Assembly (NCBI GenBank): GCA_963827655.1
Contig: CAWHCF010000045.1
Coordinates: 56,830 to 120,829, forward strand
Length of the DNA stretch: 64,000 nucleotides
Direction of reading: 5' to 3'
Origin: an uncultured Acidobacteriota bacterium
GTDB lineage: Bacteria > Acidobacteriota > UBA6911
This document shows, piece after piece, positions 62,006 to 64,000 of the stretch (positions are counted from its first letter, which is position 1; every line of letters begins with the position of its first letter). The notes below the pieces were generated by a model. The model saw nothing but the letters and a program-made list of their open reading frames with translations. It was not told where the DNA came from and did not search any database. The translations under genes and the position numbers were made by a program.

Positions 62006-64000
62006 TCACCTCAGTTTTGAAAATAAAGGAGTTCTGTTTTCAGATGTCGGTATTCTCGGGTGTGCCTTGCGGGCACGGACTCGCTCGAAGAGCTCGCGAA
62101 CTTCAGCGCGGTCAAGATGGTGGCGTCGCAAAACCCAAGGTCCACGGCTCAGCGGGTGCAGTGCCTCGACCTTGCCGAGTTCAACGTACCGGCGAACGGT
62201 TAGGGGCGTGACGCCCAGATACGTCGCGGCCTCTCCGAGTTTCAACCATCCCTCCTCCTGCTGCCGGGCACGATCGTATACAGGGATCTGGTAGGACCGC
62301 CGCACGTCTTTCACTCTGGATCGCGTCCAGACGTGGCCCTTGGCCGTCTCCGACCCGCTTCGATTCATTGCCTGGGCAATGCGCTCGTCGGTGCACACTC
62401 GTGCAAGCACGCGAATCGCATCCACGGAATCAGGTGAGGTGGCCTGCAGGTGCTGGCCTCGGCGCCGCCGGGTCACGTGCACTTGTGTATGTACGCCCCC
62501 TTTCCAGTGGATCACCAACTCGATCACCGATCCTTGCGGAGAGAGGTCCACGATGATCTCCTCGATGAGCGTCCGGGCAATGCGCTTCTTGAGGCGTATG
62601 TTCGCCGGCTCCATGTTCCACACCCGGTCCAAGTCCTTACCCAAGGTGTGCAGAATCGCCGGGTCAGGCGGTCCGGATGTTGGGCGCCGAGACCTCTCTT
62701 CCTCGAGACGCTCCTGCAATCGGATCGTCTTCTCCAGGGCTTTGTTCCAACGCGACTCGAACTCCCCAGCCACCAATCGGTTCTCTGGGTCCACCGCGTC
62801 GTATTGTCGCCGCGCCCGTGCTGCTTCGAAGCGCGCGGCTTCGAGCTCCAACCGCAATGCTTCGAACTCCCCCTGCCACTCCTGACCCAGCTCCTCCGCA
62901 GCTCGGGCTGATGCCTCGATCGCGGCCGGGGCGATTACTCGTACGAGCTCGCGCGACGCGGCATCGTCGACGGCCGTCCCGCCGAATGCAATGCACGTCC
63001 CGGTTCCACTGTTCACCTGGGCTTGGTCGCACACATAGCGCACCAATCGAGGTGAGCCCGTATAGTTCACACGGAGTTTGCGCCCACAGCGTGCACACCG
63101 TAGTAGACCCGCCAGCAGGCCCTTGCCCTGCTTGGCGGCACCGGGTGAGCCTCCGCGTTGCATAGCATTCTTCGACAGCACGTCTTGGACCCGATCGAAG
63201 GTTGTCCGAGAAACATAACCTTCGTGATGATCATTGATCAAGACTTCGTATTCTCCTCGAGGCCTGCACCGCGTGGCCTTCCTCGGTATCCCGTCTTCGA
63301 CCTGCATGACGACGCGGCGCCTGCCGTAGGTGTAGGTCCCAGCGTACATCGGGTTCCTCAACATACGCACGATCATTCCGCTCGTCGGGTGTCGCCAGAC
63401 AGTTCGCCAGCGAATTCCGTCGTGGTACTGGACTGGAATATCCAACGCGTGCTCGAGAAACCACAAAGCGGCCTGCCGTGCCGAGCCGAGTTCCAGGGTC
63501 TTGTGAAACAGCAGCTCGATCGCATGTTGCACTCTCCGGTCAGGATCCTTCTCCAGAAGTCCGTCTTCCGTCTTGATGAAGCCGGGCGGCAGAGACATCA
63601 AAAGCTCCCCACGGCGCGCCTTGGCGCATCGAGCTTCTAACGCGCGATGCCGCAGTTGATCCAGCTCGTAGGCGCTGAGGTTGCCCTTCAGCCCCAGCAG
63701 CAGCCGATCGTTGCTGTTGCGCGGGTCGTAGACCGTCTCGTGGTCTATGAGCAGCGTATTCACGATCCCGCAGATCTCCACAAGCTGATACCACTCTCGA
63801 TTGTTCCGAGCAAACCGGGAAACCTCGCGAGCTGCCACAGCCCCCAACTCGCCCAGACTGACCCGCGTTAGCATGCGCTCAAATCCGGGACGCTGCGAGG
63901 TGCCGCTTGCGGTCCGACCCAGGTCGTCGTCGACGACCTCGACTTCGGACCACCCGAACTTACGTAACCGGTCCTTCATAGCATATTGGAGGCGACGGCT
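62006..64000 (-). CDS. Large serine recombinase (resolvase, recombinase, zinc ribbon, C-terminal HTH); 5' end outside the window
   Basis: DDDLGRTASG..RPGF, EVSRFARN, LAGLLRCARCG, YDAVDPENRLVA. Confidence 0.92.
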   Translation of the reverse strand, partial: SRRLQYAMKDRLRKFGWSEVEVVDDDLGRTASGTSQRPGFERMLTRVSLGELGAVAAREVSRFARNNREWYQLVEICGIVNTLLIDHETVYDPRNSNDRLLLGLKGNLSAYELDQLRHRALEARCAKARRGELLMSLPPGFIKTEDGLLEKDPDRRVQHAIELLFHKTLELGSARQAALWFLEHALDIPVQYHDGIRWRTVWRHPTSGMIVRMLRNPMYAGTYTYGRRRVVMQVEDGIPRKATRCRPRGEYEVLINDHHEGYVSRTTFDRVQDVLSKNAMQRGGSPGAAKQGKGLLAGLLRCARCGRKLRVNYTGSPRLVRYVCDQAQVNSGTGTCIAFGGTAVDDAASRELVRVIAPAAIEASARAAEELGQEWQGEFEALRLELEAARFEAARARRQYDAVDPENRLVAGEFESRWNKALEKTIRLQERLEEERSRRPTSGPPDPAILHTLGKDLDRVWNMEPANIRLKKRIARTLIEEIIVDLSPQGSVIELVIHWKGGVHTQVHVTRRRRGQHLQATSPDSVDAIRVLARVCTDERIAQAMNRSGSETAKGHVWTRSRVKDVRRSYQIPVYDRARQQEEGWLKLGEAATYLGVTPLTVRRYVELGKVEALHPLSRGPWVLRRHHLDRAEVRELFERVRARKAHPRIPTSENRTPLFSKLR

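Overview
GC-rich bacterial window, most likely Acidobacteriota (PadR plus ADOP-type permease, Oar-like TonB receptor, Ser/Thr kinase-TPR). It is a mosaic accessory region with no core housekeeping genes, rRNA or CRISPR. It consists of 0.5-5 kb blocks of unrelated genes and gene fragments: sulfatases, Planctomycete-type PSD1/DUF1501, VOC proteins, esterases, a multiheme cytochrome fragment and several toxin-antitoxin pairs. Remnants of IS91-, IS1-like, IS3, tyrosine-integrase and serine-recombinase elements lie between them. The main observation is at 40.4-57.2 kb. Six same-orientation copies of a non-coding unit share a right end (GCTCTTGTTCRGCCTATCCGC in five copies, slightly degenerate in the sixth) resembling an IS91/ISCR oriIS. 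Their left ends vary (21-243 bp), and four copies contain a XerC/D dif-like site. Each copy joins unrelated cargo, sometimes cut in mid-gene. This suggests an integron-like gene-capture array driven by rolling-circle (HUH) transposition and/or Xer recombination (inference). Also present are a ~165 bp MITE family, a lone attC site, and a candidate RiPP (short peptide plus asparagine-synthetase-like enzyme). Many genes carry single frameshifts, probably long-read errors. All product calls come from motif recognition by eye, not database searches.
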